Numbered from the stretch's first letter, positions 1 to 10,540 are shown. The stretch: DNA of 64,000 nucleotides from Candidatus Pacebacteria bacterium UBA6180 (GCA_002422165.1 DITQ01000001.1:71919-135918), one strand, 5' to 3'. Notes: generated by a model from the sequence alone, not told the origin. Numbers and translations: made by a program.

Positions 1-9
1 ATCGAAGAC

Positions 10-774
10 ATGGACTTCAATGACGGAGCCTTTTTCTTAGCTGTCGACGAGCGCATTCCACATGCATCTTCTTGTGATGATCTGCGCATTACTCGTGGTA
101 ATAATTCTCGTGTACCAGCCAAGCTAACCTTTGTCGCCAAAGCTAGTGATAATTTGGGGTCAATCAAGGCCTACCGCTTCACTTTTGGCGATGGCGCGAC
201 GGTTGAGACCACTCACTCCGAAATTGATCACACTTACGAAAGTTCAGGTAGCTTCGATGCTTTTGTCGAAGTCAAAGATAGCAAAGATAATTGGCTCAAG
301 AGTGACAAATGCCAAGTGGTTGCCAAGGTCGCTCCGACCTCAATCGAAAGTCACAAGAGCGCATGTTCTTACTTGCAGATTGTCTCTGGCCAGAATAGTC
401 AAGCTCCGGCGTTAGTTAAGTTCAAGGTAGCAGGTTACGATAACAAAGGTGATATCAAGGCCTATCGCATCGATTACGGTGATGGTAACAAGGTCGAATC
501 TACGACTAATAATTTCGAATACAACTACGCTAAGCCAGGCACCTACAAAGTCAAAGCCGAGGTCAAAGACTCGACAGACACCTGGCGCAGTGACAGTAAA
601 TGCGAGCAAACTGTTTACGTCAGCACCGAGCCAATTAAAGAGCAGCCTTCAACCGGTACGCCAACTTGGATGTCGATAGTGGGATTAACTGGCGGCGCTT
701 TGGCTTTTGCCTATCCTTTCATCGAGGGGACCAAGAACATGAATAAGTCTCTAAGGAAAAAAGGCAAACGCTAG
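10..774 (+). CDS. Surface protein, 5'-truncated at the window edge, with two tandem PKD-like repeats and a C-terminal sorting-signal-like tail
   Basis: Two internal repeats of about 100 aa match the PKD fold pattern (KAYRF/IDYGDG...F.Y...G.Y.V...VKDS.D.W.SD.KC). The C-terminus is PSTGT followed by a hydrophobic helix and a K/R-rich tail. It lies immediately upstream of a sortase. Confidence 0.6.
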   Translation: MDFNDGAFFLAVDERIPHASSCDDLRITRGNNSRVPAKLTFVAKASDNLGSIKAYRFTFGDGATVETTHSEIDHTYESSGSFDAFVEVKDSKDNWLKSDKCQVVAKVAPTSIESHKSACSYLQIVSGQNSQAPALVKFKVAGYDNKGDIKAYRIDYGDGNKVESTTNNFEYNYAKPGTYKVKAEVKDSTDTWRSDSKCEQTVYVSTEPIKEQPSTGTPTWMSIVGLTGGALAFAYPFIEGTKNMNKSLRKKGKR

Positions 775-810
775 TGTTGCAAGGATTTTGCCAACAAGGA
801 GCCTACTAAA

Positions 811-1449
811 TTGAAAATTCGTCAATTGTTTCCTGCCCTGGTTTTAGTTGGATTTATAGCTTTTTTAGCATGGTTGTTTTTGGTTGTTTTGCCAGTTGTT
901 TTCGTGGAGGCGAAGTATCAGTTCAAAACTTTTTTTAGCTCACTGGGCTTTAGTAGTCCTAGTGCTTTGTTTCGCCCGAACTTCGAAAATTTTACTATTG
1001 TAGGTAACGCTTCCAAAAACAAAGATTACGGCATCATCATTCCCAAGCTCGGTCTGGATGAGCGAGTGGTGTTCAACGTCGATCCCAATGACACACAGCA
1101 GTACACGGCTGCTTTGAAAAAGGGTATTGCTCACGCCTCCAGCACCAGTTATCCAGATAGCAATGGACTCGGCTACTATTTCGCTCACTCTTCGAGTCCA
1201 GGTCTGCAAGTGCAGTACAACGCGGTGTTTTACTTGCTCAACAAGTTAGAAGCTGGTGACGAAATCTATATTTGGCACGAAGAGAAACGCTATCGCTACC
1301 TCGTGGAAAGCAAGCAAATCAACCAGCCAAGCGATGTTTCTTTTCTCTACGAAAATTATGACGGCGAGATGATTGTCTTGCAGACTTGCTGGCCGCCTGG
1401 CACTACTAAGGAAAGATTATTGGTGTTCGCCAGGCGGGCCAAAAAGTAA
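811..1449 (+). CDS. Sortase family transpeptidase
   Basis: N-terminal TM helix, an AHSS..G block, and the sortase TLxTC active-site motif (VLQTCWPPG) followed by an R-containing C-terminus. Adjacent to the candidate substrate. Confidence 0.75.
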   Translation: MKIRQLFPALVLVGFIAFLAWLFLVVLPVVFVEAKYQFKTFFSSLGFSSPSALFRPNFENFTIVGNASKNKDYGIIIPKLGLDERVVFNVDPNDTQQYTAALKKGIAHASSTSYPDSNGLGYYFAHSSSPGLQVQYNAVFYLLNKLEAGDEIYIWHEEKRYRYLVESKQINQPSDVSFLYENYDGEMIVLQTCWPPGTTKERLLVFARRAKK

Positions 1450-1522
1450 AAAAGTAATTGCAATTGTCGGTTTTTTTGCTAAGATGAAACTGAGTACAAA
1501 TTGATCTCATTTAGGAATTTTT

Positions 1523-2122
1523 ATGGCAGATTTAAACGACCTCATTGTTTCCAAAGTTAGAGTCAAGATGTTGACGCTTTTCTTCGAGAAGCCAAGTGAA
1601 ATGTTTTATGTGCGAGAAATCACTCGCTTGATCAAGGAGGAAATCAACGCCGTTCGTCGCGAACTCGACCGGATGCTCGAAACTGGCTTGCTCAAAAGCG
1701 AGCAGCGCGCCAACCGCCTTTACTATCAGCTCAACAAAAAATACCTCTACTTCCAGGAATTACAGCGCATCGTCATCAAGACCAGTGGTCTTGGCAAGAA
1801 GATCCGAAAGCTGCGGCGCAAACTTGGCGAACTAGACTACGTAGTTTTCACTGGCGCTTTCACTAACCAAGCCAAAGTTAATCGAGATGAGCTCGATGTC
1901 CTGGTGGTCGGAGCGGTAGTGTTGCCAGAACTGGAAGCTTTGATTAAGGCAGAAGAAAAAGTTTTTGGCCGTGAGATTAATTACGCAGTCATCGAAAAAG
2001 AAGAGTTTGAGTTCCGCAAGGCGCGCCGTGACCCCTTCATCATGGAGGTGATGTATGGTGTGCGAGTAATGGTGATTGGAGATGAGATTGAATTTTGTCA
2101 CAGAGAATTGCCTGGAGTTTAA
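1523..2122 (+). CDS. Winged-helix DNA-binding domain protein with a C-terminal nucleotidyltransferase-like region (hypothetical regulator)
   Basis: N-terminal wHTH-like segment (LTLFFEKPSEMFYVREITRLI...) followed by a small alpha/beta region. No catalytic motif could be verified. Confidence 0.4.
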   Translation: MADLNDLIVSKVRVKMLTLFFEKPSEMFYVREITRLIKEEINAVRRELDRMLETGLLKSEQRANRLYYQLNKKYLYFQELQRIVIKTSGLGKKIRKLRRKLGELDYVVFTGAFTNQAKVNRDELDVLVVGAVVLPELEALIKAEEKVFGREINYAVIEKEEFEFRKARRDPFIMEVMYGVRVMVIGDEIEFCHRELPGV

Positions 2123-2128
2123 GAAAAT

Positions 2129-3496
2129 ATGCACAAGAGATCTTTAGCGAAATCTTTATTTTTAGTTTTTTTCCTGACTCTGGTCGCGGGTTTTATCGCT
2201 TTGCCAAATCGGATTTTCAACTTCGACAAGCCAGCCATCGATTTCTATTTCCTCGGCAAACACGTCTACAAAGACTATCAACTGCGCCAAGGTCTCGACA
2301 TCCAGGGGGGAATGCAAGTGACTCTCGAAGCAGAAATGGAGACGATCGAGCCAGCTGACCGTTTGACGGCGCTTGAAGCTGCTCGGGAAATTATTGCTCG
2401 TCGAGTCGATCTTTATGGAATTAGTGAAGCCGTTATTCAAACGGCTCAGAAAGACAATAGTTACCGTTTACGAGTTGAATTACCAGGAATATCTGATCCA
2501 GCACAAGCCTTGGCGCTAGTAGGCCAGACTGCTGAGCTGGAATTCAAATTGCAGCAAGAGCTAAGTGAGGAGCAGTTCGCCGAAGCGACGATGTCACCTC
2601 AGATTTGGTTGGATTCCTTTGCTGTGACTGGTTTGACCGGTCAGCAACTTAAGCGAGCTCAAGCGCAGCTTGATCAACAATCTGGTCGTCCCGTTATTGC
2701 CCTGGAGATGAACGAGGCTGGTCGGGAGCTGTTTGCGACGATCACCAAGGAAAACGTTAATGAAGTTTTGGCGATTTTTGTTGACGGTTTCCCCATCATG
2801 AGTCCAGTGATTTCTACACCAATTCTAGATGGACGAGCGGTTATTAGTGGTGATTTCAGCATTGAAGAAGCCAAAAACTTAGCCATCCAGCTTAACGCTG
2901 GAGCGCTGCCGGTCAACATCAAAGTTTTGGAGCAAAAAAATATCGGTGCTAGTTTGGGCGAAGAATCAATCAGAAAAAGTGTTCAGGCAGGGGTAGTTGG
3001 TTTGGGCTTGGTCTTGCTGTTCATGATTCTTTACTATGGTTTCTTGGGCAGCGTGGCTAGCATCTCACTCTTGATCTATGCGACTTTGACCATTGCGCTC
3101 TACAAGGTGCTAGGCGTGGTGCTGACCTTGCCTGGGATTGCGGGCATGATTTTGACCATTGGCATGGCTGTGGATGCCAACATTTTAATTTTCGAAAGAA
3201 TGAAAGAAGAATTGCGCGCGGGTCATTTGCCAGAGCGAGCGATGGAGCTTGGGTTCGGGCGAGCTTGGGACAGCATCAAAGACGCCAACTTGGCGTCAAT
3301 TATTACCGCTCTAGTGCTGATCAATCCTTTGAATTTCAATTTCCTCAATACTAGCGGCGCAGTCAAAGGTTTTGGTCTGACTTTCTTGCTAGGGACTTTG
3401 CTTAGTTTATTTACGGGAGTGGTTATCAGTCGCTTGCTACTTAGGGCATTTTTGCCACTTTTCGCCAAGCGGTTGACGAGAGGAATCAAACCATGA
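2129..3496 (+). CDS. secD: Protein translocase subunit SecD
   Basis: N-terminal TM helix, a periplasmic domain containing GLDIQGG, and a C-terminal 6-TM SecD/SecF core. Its stop overlaps the secF start (ATGA). Confidence 0.9.
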   Translation: MHKRSLAKSLFLVFFLTLVAGFIALPNRIFNFDKPAIDFYFLGKHVYKDYQLRQGLDIQGGMQVTLEAEMETIEPADRLTALEAAREIIARRVDLYGISEAVIQTAQKDNSYRLRVELPGISDPAQALALVGQTAELEFKLQQELSEEQFAEATMSPQIWLDSFAVTGLTGQQLKRAQAQLDQQSGRPVIALEMNEAGRELFATITKENVNEVLAIFVDGFPIMSPVISTPILDGRAVISGDFSIEEAKNLAIQLNAGALPVNIKVLEQKNIGASLGEESIRKSVQAGVVGLGLVLLFMILYYGFLGSVASISLLIYATLTIALYKVLGVVLTLPGIAGMILTIGMAVDANILIFERMKEELRAGHLPERAMELGFGRAWDSIKDANLASIITALVLINPLNFNFLNTSGAVKGFGLTFLLGTLLSLFTGVVISRLLLRAFLPLFAKRLTRGIKP

Positions 3497-4365
3497 ATCT
3501 AATGCGCTATCGCAATCTTTACTTTGGCATTTCTCTGTTTTTCTTGATCCCTGGTCTGTTGTCTTTGTTGTTTTTTGGTTTGCGTCCGGCGATTGATTTC
3601 ACTGGCGGGTCGTCTTTGGAATTGTCATTTGTCGGACTCGGTGAAAACACCGAGCTGGCGCAGGATGAAGAGTTTCAGACGACTCTCGCGGCAAATTATG
3701 AATACAGTGTCCTGCAAAGTGCGGGTGAAAACAGAGTGCTAATCAAGGGTAAGGAAATTGACAATCAGGCGAAAGACGAACTAGTGCTGACCTTGGAGAA
3801 AAATTACGGTGCGATCGAAGTCTTGCAATTTGAGACGATTGGGCCGACGCTTGGCAGCGAGTTGCTTACCAAAACTCTGGTTGCTTTGCTTATCGTCGCT
3901 TCTGTGATCACTATTTATGTCTGGCGCCAATTCGATGAACTCAAGTATGGGGTTTGTGCGATTTTGGCGATGCTGCATGATTCTTTAATTTTGCTTGGCG
4001 TTTTTAGTTTGCTGGGGTATTTTTTCGCGGTAGAAGTAGATTTGCTCTTTGTCACTGCTCTGCTGACCACGATGTCATTTTCGGTCCACGACACGATTGT
4101 CGTCTATGACAGGATTCGTGAACTTAAGCGCAAGAATCCACGCATTGCTTTCGCTGATATCGCCAATGCGGCAGTGGTAGAGACTCTCAGTCGTTCGATC
4201 AATAATTCGATGACGATTATTATTATGCTGCTGAGCTTGGTAGTGTTGGGTGGCGAAAGCATTCGCTTATTTGCAGTGGCTTTATTGGTCGGCGCGGTGA
4301 CGGGGACCTACTCGAGCACTTTCACGGCGGTGCCACTGTTGCTGCTGTTTGAGAAGAAGAAGTAA
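3493..4365 (+). CDS. secF: Protein translocase subunit SecF
   Basis: SecF-type TM core. Translationally coupled to secD. Confidence 0.88.
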   Translation: MNLMRYRNLYFGISLFFLIPGLLSLLFFGLRPAIDFTGGSSLELSFVGLGENTELAQDEEFQTTLAANYEYSVLQSAGENRVLIKGKEIDNQAKDELVLTLEKNYGAIEVLQFETIGPTLGSELLTKTLVALLIVASVITIYVWRQFDELKYGVCAILAMLHDSLILLGVFSLLGYFFAVEVDLLFVTALLTTMSFSVHDTIVVYDRIRELKRKNPRIAFADIANAAVVETLSRSINNSMTIIIMLLSLVVLGGESIRLFAVALLVGAVTGTYSSTFTAVPLLLLFEKKK

Positions 4366-4368
4366 AAC

Positions 4369-5970
4369 TTAGCGGAACTGTTCAGAGATCTTCTTCGCTT
4401 CCTCCAGCAACTGACTTCTCTTATTCAACTCCGGTTTTTCCAGCACCAACTCCAAAAGTTTATCGAGAATTTGACCAAGCATGGGTCCTGGCTTTAGTTG
4501 CAATTCCTGCATTAGGTCATGACCATTGATATTGAGGTCATCTAGACCCATCGGTTGATTGAGTTGCTCGATGATGCGCTGCTTCATTTCTTCCAGGCGC
4601 CAACTGGTTTTACGGGCGCCACTGCCTAGGCGGTCGCCTTCGCGCAGGTCGAGAATGTCGTCGATGTTGTCGAAGCCAACTCGCCGAATGAAACGGCGAA
4701 TCGAGGCATCTGAGTGCTCTGGTTGGTAGTAAAACATGTGATAGCGCACGAGGATGAAGATGCGCTGGACGTCTTTTTTGGGTAGGCGCAGTCGGTTGGC
4801 GATTTTACTGGCGATGCGGGAACCCAAGATATCGTGACTGTAAAAAGTGATTTCCCCCTTTTCTTCCTTGTAAGTTAGAGGCTTACCGATGTCATGGAGC
4901 AAAGTCGCCAGGCGCACCACTGGATCTGGCGAAGGGCAGTGACGTAGGGCATCGAGACTGTGAGTCCAGACATCGCTGACGTGGTGGCCGCGTTGCTGCA
5001 TGCCGATTCCTTGGTAGAGTTCGGGAATGATGGCAGGCAAGAGGCCAGTTTGATCGAGTAGCTCGATGCCTCTGGCAGGATTAGCGCTGGCAAGAATTTT
5101 CAGCAGCTCATCACGAATCCGTTCGAAACTGACGAACTTGAGTGAATCCTTATGATACTTGATGGCGTAGTAAGTGTCAGTGTCGATATCCATGTCGAGT
5201 TGCACCGCCAAGCGGACGGCCCGGAGCATGCGCAGGGCATCCTCAGTGAAGCGTTGATCAGCTTTACCCACGGTGCGAATAATTTTTTTGTTTAAGTCTG
5301 CTTGCCCTTGATGTAGATCTATCAGCTTGAAATCTCGCTCTGTCAACTCATAAATGGCTTGCAGCTTTTTGTCAGCGAAGATTTTATGGAGAACTTCAGG
5401 CTCCACGCTGATCGCTAGGGCGTTGATGGTGAAGTCGCGTCGCTCTAGGTCGTCTGCCAGGCTTTGGCCAAAAGTGACGCTTTCTGGGCGGCGGTGATCG
5501 GTGTAATCACCATCGCTACGGTAAGTGGTAATTTCAAAAGGTGGAAATTGAACTAAATTTGTTACTCTGTCTTTGGTGCTTGCTTCACTCTGGATAGCTT
5601 TATCTTGCAGTGAAATGTGAATTTTCGAAGCATTTTTGAGATCGATAATGCGTTCAAGAGCAGGCTTTGTTTTTTTGGTCAAAGTGCCCAGATTGTCTGC
5701 TGGTGATTGATAATTTTTTGCCAGCTCTTCCAGTAGATTCTCAAGGGTGACGCTGACAGTGCCAAATTTGTTTTCGTAGAAGCTCTCAGGGAAAAGTGCC
5801 TGAATTTCCGCCGGACTAGCATCGCTAGTGAAATCATAATCCTCAATTTCCTGGAGTTTTTTACCCATGACTAGATCACGAACGGCTCCGCCTACTAAGA
5901 AAATTTGGTAATTTTGCTTGGTGAAGCGCTCTAAAATGTAACAAACCTCAACTGGTAAACTTAATTTCAT
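4369..5970 (-). CDS. cca: CCA-adding tRNA nucleotidyltransferase with a C-terminal HD domain
   Basis: Pol-beta NTase head motif FLVGGAVRDLVMGK, RxxR/DFT motifs, and an HD motif LLHDIGKP. Confidence 0.8.
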   Translation of the reverse strand: MKLSLPVEVCYILERFTKQNYQIFLVGGAVRDLVMGKKLQEIEDYDFTSDASPAEIQALFPESFYENKFGTVSVTLENLLEELAKNYQSPADNLGTLTKKTKPALERIIDLKNASKIHISLQDKAIQSEASTKDRVTNLVQFPPFEITTYRSDGDYTDHRRPESVTFGQSLADDLERRDFTINALAISVEPEVLHKIFADKKLQAIYELTERDFKLIDLHQGQADLNKKIIRTVGKADQRFTEDALRMLRAVRLAVQLDMDIDTDTYYAIKYHKDSLKFVSFERIRDELLKILASANPARGIELLDQTGLLPAIIPELYQGIGMQQRGHHVSDVWTHSLDALRHCPSPDPVVRLATLLHDIGKPLTYKEEKGEITFYSHDILGSRIASKIANRLRLPKKDVQRIFILVRYHMFYYQPEHSDASIRRFIRRVGFDNIDDILDLREGDRLGSGARKTSWRLEEMKQRIIEQLNQPMGLDDLNINGHDLMQELQLKPGPMLGQILDKLLELVLEKPELNKRSQLLEEAKKISEQFR

Positions 5971-6025
5971 ATTAAACTTGCGCGCTAGCGTGCCAAATAG
6001 CTAAATCTATTATAAGATAAGTCTC

Positions 6026-7690
6026 ATGAAATGGCACATTCAATCCAAGCTGCGGCCGAGTAATTTGTCAGAGTTGCGCGGGCTTTTGCTTGCGAATCGC
6101 CAAATTACAGACGAAGAGGCTTTTTTTAAGGGTGGCTCGCCACTGAATTTTTCACTTGAGGAATTGGGTTTTGATTTGCGCTCTTTGGCCAAAATCAAAG
6201 AGCGCCTCGCCAAGGCCAAGCAACATGAAGAAGAAATCGTCGTTTTTGGCGATTATGACGCTGACGGCATTTGTGCCACGGCGGTCTTGTGGCAAGTTTT
6301 GCACCAGGAGGGTTATAAGGTTTGGCCTTTTATTCCCCATCGTCTCAAGCATGGCTATGGCTTGTCAGTCAAAGCCCTCGAAGATTTGCTAGCGAAGCGA
6401 CCAGCGACCAGCCTAATTATCACAGTTGACAACGGTATCGTTGCCCACAAGGCTCTTTCTTACCTTGCGAAGAAAAAAATTGACGCGATCGTGACTGACC
6501 ATCACCAGCCTGATGGTAAGCCAATCAAAGCCCTGGCAGTTTTTCATTCTACGCAAATTTGTGGTTGCAGTGTGGCTTGGTTTTTGGCCCGGGAAATTTC
6601 TGCCGACCAGAGGCTTTTGACGGAGACCTTGGCTTTGGCAGCGATTGCGACGGTAACCGACCTCATGCCTTTGCTTGATTTTAATCGCTCAATCGTGCTT
6701 TATGGTTTGTTGATTTTGCGTTCGACTAAGCAAATTGGTCTGCGGACTTTGTTTGATTTGGTCAAAATTAATCAGGCCAAAATCGACACTTATACGCTCG
6801 GATTCCAGATCGGTCCGCGCCTCAACGCTATGGGTCGCTTGGCTGACGGCATGGATGCTTTGCGCTTGCTTTGTACTAGAGATCAGGCCAAAGCCAAGAG
6901 TTTAGCTGATCTTCTTGTGCAAACCAACCAAGATCGCCAGAATTTGACTTTTGACCTGAGCAATGCAGCTGAGGAGGTGGTCACAAGTGAGGCTGATGAA
7001 GCCTTGATTTTCCTCAGTTCTCCTGAATATCACGAGGGGATTATTGGTTTGATTGCGGGCAAAATGACTGAGAAGTTCAATAAGCCGAGTATCGTTATCA
7101 GCATTGGCCAGGAAGTCAGTAAAGCTTCAGCTCGTTCTCTACCTGGTTTCAATATTACCGAGTTTATCCGCTCTTTTCAGGATGATCTTTTGGAAATGGG
7201 CGGTCACCCTTTGGCGGCAGGTTTTGCCGTAGCGACTGACAAGATTGAGTTGGTCAAGCAAAAAATGCAAGCTAAGGCCAAGCAAATGCTTCATGGTCAA
7301 AGCCTTGAGAAAACTTTGGAAATTGACGCGGTTCTGCCTCTTGAGTTGCTTAATTTAGAAAGCAAAGCCATGATTGATGAGTTTGCGCCTTTTGGCCTGG
7401 CAAACCAAAAGCCTGCATTTGTCGTCGAGGGAGTCAAGCTTAAGAATTACCGCCTGATTGGTCAAGCAAGTGAACATCTTAAGCTTTTCGTGTCACTTGG
7501 CGACCAAGAATTTGAAGTTTTGGCTTGGGGTCAAGCAGCTCTTCTAGAGAAATTTGCACTGGGTGATCAGCTAGATTTGGCTTTTACTTTTGACGCTAAT
7601 TATTATCAGGGTCGTGATCGATTGCAGTTGATTTGCAAAGACATTAGACTTCTTAAGAAGAAGTCTATCAAAAAATCCCCCGACCGCTAG
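6026..7690 (+). CDS. recJ: Single-stranded-DNA-specific exonuclease RecJ
   Basis: DHH motifs (VFGDYDADGI, DHH at VTDHHQP) and a DHHA1 motif GGHPLAAGF. Confidence 0.85.
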   Translation: MKWHIQSKLRPSNLSELRGLLLANRQITDEEAFFKGGSPLNFSLEELGFDLRSLAKIKERLAKAKQHEEEIVVFGDYDADGICATAVLWQVLHQEGYKVWPFIPHRLKHGYGLSVKALEDLLAKRPATSLIITVDNGIVAHKALSYLAKKKIDAIVTDHHQPDGKPIKALAVFHSTQICGCSVAWFLAREISADQRLLTETLALAAIATVTDLMPLLDFNRSIVLYGLLILRSTKQIGLRTLFDLVKINQAKIDTYTLGFQIGPRLNAMGRLADGMDALRLLCTRDQAKAKSLADLLVQTNQDRQNLTFDLSNAAEEVVTSEADEALIFLSSPEYHEGIIGLIAGKMTEKFNKPSIVISIGQEVSKASARSLPGFNITEFIRSFQDDLLEMGGHPLAAGFAVATDKIELVKQKMQAKAKQMLHGQSLEKTLEIDAVLPLELLNLESKAMIDEFAPFGLANQKPAFVVEGVKLKNYRLIGQASEHLKLFVSLGDQEFEVLAWGQAALLEKFALGDQLDLAFTFDANYYQGRDRLQLICKDIRLLKKKSIKKSPDR

Positions 7691-7722
7691 GTCGAGGGAT
7701 TAATTTGCTAAATGAAGGGTTT

Positions 7723-8553
7723 TTAGAGGTGGTTGGCCAACATGACCTCAACTTGTTCGAAAGGCAAAGCGCCAGGGACTAGATCGAAGCCGCCTTTTTT
7801 ACTGACGATGATAGTGCCTGGAGTGCCGGTCACTCCAGCTTTGGTGCCGCCAGCTTGCGAGTCTTTGACTTTTTGACTCATTTCTTTGCTGTCGAGACAA
7901 GCTTTGACTTTTTGACCATTTGCTCCAGCCGCTTGAGCGATGGAAACCATCATGTCAACAGTAACTGTTTTGTTGGTAGAGTCTGTGCCATAAATGCTTC
8001 CGTCAGCCATTTTCTCGTAGACTTCGTCGCTAAATTTCCAGAAAGCATCACTACTTCCATAAGTGGCCACACATTCGCTGGCTTCAGCTAGTGGAGTAGC
8101 GTTGGGATGGAAAGACAGTGGGAAGTGGCGATAGACCCAGGCTACTTGATCGCCGTATTTTTCCATGACCTCTAACATGGTGGGATGGAATCTGTTACAG
8201 AAAGGACATTCAAAGTCTGAATATTCAATCATGACCACTTTGGCGTCTTTATTGCCGCGGTAGTGATCTTTGCTTGGATCAAAAACTGGAACTTCTTCTA
8301 GTTTTTTCTTTGCAGCCGCTGCGGCTGCAGCATCTGCCGCGCTAGTGTCAGCTGCAGCTAAATTGCCGCCTCCCAGGCCGCTGCGCAGCATCCTGTTTTC
8401 AGTCCAGAGTGATCCACCGAAAAAACCCAAGGCGAAAGCCAACACTAAAACGATGATGAGAGAAAAATTAGCATTGACGAATTCACTAAAAGTTTGAAAA
8501 GAGAACCTATTGTCGACTGGCATCGCTGCCTTAGTCGTTACTTTTTTTGCCAT
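7723..8553 (-). CDS. DsbA-like thiol:disulfide oxidoreductase, membrane-anchored
   Basis: N-terminal TM helix, an Ala-rich linker and a thioredoxin-fold CPFC active site (FECPFCNRFHP). Confidence 0.75.
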   Translation of the reverse strand: MAKKVTTKAAMPVDNRFSFQTFSEFVNANFSLIIVLVLAFALGFFGGSLWTENRMLRSGLGGGNLAAADTSAADAAAAAAAKKKLEEVPVFDPSKDHYRGNKDAKVVMIEYSDFECPFCNRFHPTMLEVMEKYGDQVAWVYRHFPLSFHPNATPLAEASECVATYGSSDAFWKFSDEVYEKMADGSIYGTDSTNKTVTVDMMVSIAQAAGANGQKVKACLDSKEMSQKVKDSQAGGTKAGVTGTPGTIIVSKKGGFDLVPGALPFEQVEVMLANHL

Positions 8554-8633
8554 AAAACCTTTCTGATGTTATTTATTTTAATTGACGCTTTATAATATGC
8601 CTGATTGTTTGTCATTTAGCAAGCTCAAATTTT

Positions 8634-9410
8634 ATGTCCGCACCTAGGAAATTGACCATTTACGAGCGCAACCAGTTACTTAAGTATAGCTTGAAAGAGA
8701 GCGACTTGCTTACCAAAGGTAACTTGCCGGTCGAATACCTAACTGGCTACGTGAATTTTTGCGGACTTGATGTGGCAGTCGATGCGAATGTGTTGATTCC
8801 GCGTGTTGAAACTGAAGAGTTGGTTGGTTACGTTTTGGACTTTGTTAAAAAGTTGGACAAGCCGCTGCGCTATTTGGAAGTTGGTACCGGCAGCGGAGCG
8901 ATTAGTTTGGCTGTTTTTGCTGCTTTGCAAAAAACTCGCAAGTCGCAGCCTGAAAAATTTATAGTGAGTGACGTTTCACCAGTGGCTTTGGAATTAGCCA
9001 AAAAAAATTTTCAATCGTTGTTTGATCTAGCGTCACTTCGTGAAATTGATTTCATAGTGAGCGATCTGTTGACAGAAATCACCCCACAAGCTTTCGATGT
9101 GATTGTGGCCAACTTGCCCTACATCCCATCTGGCGCTATGGAGAGTTTAGACGCTAGTGTCAAGGATTATGAGCCAGCCTTAGCACTTGATGGCGGGGAG
9201 ACTGGTTTCGAGCTGATCGCGCGAATGTTGAGGCAAATTATGGCGAGTGATTTTTTGGCCTTTGGTGGCAAAATTTTCTTGGAGGTGCATGAAACTCACA
9301 CCAAGGAGTTCGTGGAGCAGCACTTCGCAGACATTAATGCGAAGTTTACGCTTGAGGAGATCAAGGATCAGTTCGCCAGACAGCGTTTTTTAGTTTTGCA
9401 GAGCTTGTAG
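8634..9410 (+). CDS. prmC: HemK/PrmC-family (N5-glutamine) methyltransferase
   Basis: SAM motif I (LEVGTGSGAISL) and an NPPY-like motif (ANLPYIP). Confidence 0.6.
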   Translation: MSAPRKLTIYERNQLLKYSLKESDLLTKGNLPVEYLTGYVNFCGLDVAVDANVLIPRVETEELVGYVLDFVKKLDKPLRYLEVGTGSGAISLAVFAALQKTRKSQPEKFIVSDVSPVALELAKKNFQSLFDLASLREIDFIVSDLLTEITPQAFDVIVANLPYIPSGAMESLDASVKDYEPALALDGGETGFELIARMLRQIMASDFLAFGGKIFLEVHETHTKEFVEQHFADINAKFTLEEIKDQFARQRFLVLQSL

Positions 9411-10514
9411 GTAATTTTTGGCGACAGCGCCAATTTCGAATCGAGTGAGAAAATCAGCGCGAGCTTGCTTACCAAGCCTCTTTTGCAATTTGGAATCACA
9501 TAGCAGAAGGTCGATTTTGTGAGCCAGGTCAGCAATGTCTCGATCTTTGGCTAGGAGAGCGTTGCGCTCATTTGCTATGAGTTCATTGTAAGGTGCGCGG
9601 TCAAAAGCGATGATTGGTTTAGCCATGGCCATAGCTTCTGTCACTACTAGGCCGAAACCTTCTAGTTCCCAGACAGAGGGGCACAGGATGATGGCGCTTT
9701 CTGCCACTATTTCTGTGGTGTCTGTCACGTAGTCAATTAGCTCGATGCTTTTATCGCCCCTAGCCAGTTTTTGGAGAGTTGGATAGAAGTTGCCTCGACC
9801 AATGATTCGTAGGCGTGCGTCAGTAGGCTTGTCTTTGAGCAGCTGCCAAGCTTGGATAGCCAGGTCTTGACCCTTTCCCTTTTCCAAACGAGAGACAATA
9901 GTCACGGTGTGTTTTTTTATAGTTGGTTTGATTTGAGGCAAGCGGTCACGACTGCCACAGCGCACTAGTGTCAGTTGTTGTTTGGGAAAAACACTGCTCA
10001 GTGCTTCTTTAGTTTTTTCTGAAGAGACGATAATTTTCTTGGCAAATTGTTTGGCGAAGAAATATAGTTTCTTGGGTAAGCCAGCGAATTTAGCAAAGAG
10101 CGGTTCAAGCGGTCCGTATTCGATGAAGATGATGGGGATTTGGCAAAGGTGAGCGAGCGGAGCGAGCAATATTTTTTCGGAGAAGCCCGAACAGAGAATT
10201 ACCTGTGAAGATTTGCGATTTTTGATTTTTAGCAGGGTGCGCCAGTAGTAGACTGAAGCGAGCGGAGTCAGCAGTAGACTTTTGAGTAAGCCGCGGCGAT
10301 TACCGACGAAATCCAGGTGCAGTGGTAATCGCCGCACTTTTGGTTGTTGCTTGGCTGATAGCTCCTGCAGCAAAATAGGATTGTTGGTGTAGAGATATGT
10401 GTTTTCGCCAGTGCGCGCCAACTCAGTCAGCAAATCCAAAGCAAATTTTTCGGCACCGCCGAAATCTCGGCTTTGGAGAAAAAAATTAATCGTGAGCTGG
10501 CTATCTTTTGTCAT
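9390..10514 (-). CDS. Glycosyltransferase, GT4 (family 1) fold
   Basis: C-terminal EX7E-type motif EGFGLVVTEAMAMAKPIIA. Confidence 0.75.
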   Translation of the reverse strand: MTKDSQLTINFFLQSRDFGGAEKFALDLLTELARTGENTYLYTNNPILLQELSAKQQPKVRRLPLHLDFVGNRRGLLKSLLLTPLASVYYWRTLLKIKNRKSSQVILCSGFSEKILLAPLAHLCQIPIIFIEYGPLEPLFAKFAGLPKKLYFFAKQFAKKIIVSSEKTKEALSSVFPKQQLTLVRCGSRDRLPQIKPTIKKHTVTIVSRLEKGKGQDLAIQAWQLLKDKPTDARLRIIGRGNFYPTLQKLARGDKSIELIDYVTDTTEIVAESAIILCPSVWELEGFGLVVTEAMAMAKPIIAFDRAPYNELIANERNALLAKDRDIADLAHKIDLLLCDSKLQKRLGKQARADFLTRFEIGAVAKNYLQALQN

Positions 10515-10540
10515 TTTTTTTCGTTACAATTGGTTAGTAA

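Noticed and set aside
2129-4365. Alternative genetic code (UGA recoding, as in some CPR lineages)
   Set aside because: TGA cleanly terminates secD (3494-3496) and other conserved genes at expected lengths. Standard code 11 fits.
8270-8350. GC-rich GCAGCC/GCTGC repeats
   Set aside because: They encode the Ala-rich linker (AAADTSAADAAAAAAAKKK) of the DsbA-like protein. Coding low complexity, not a regulatory repeat.
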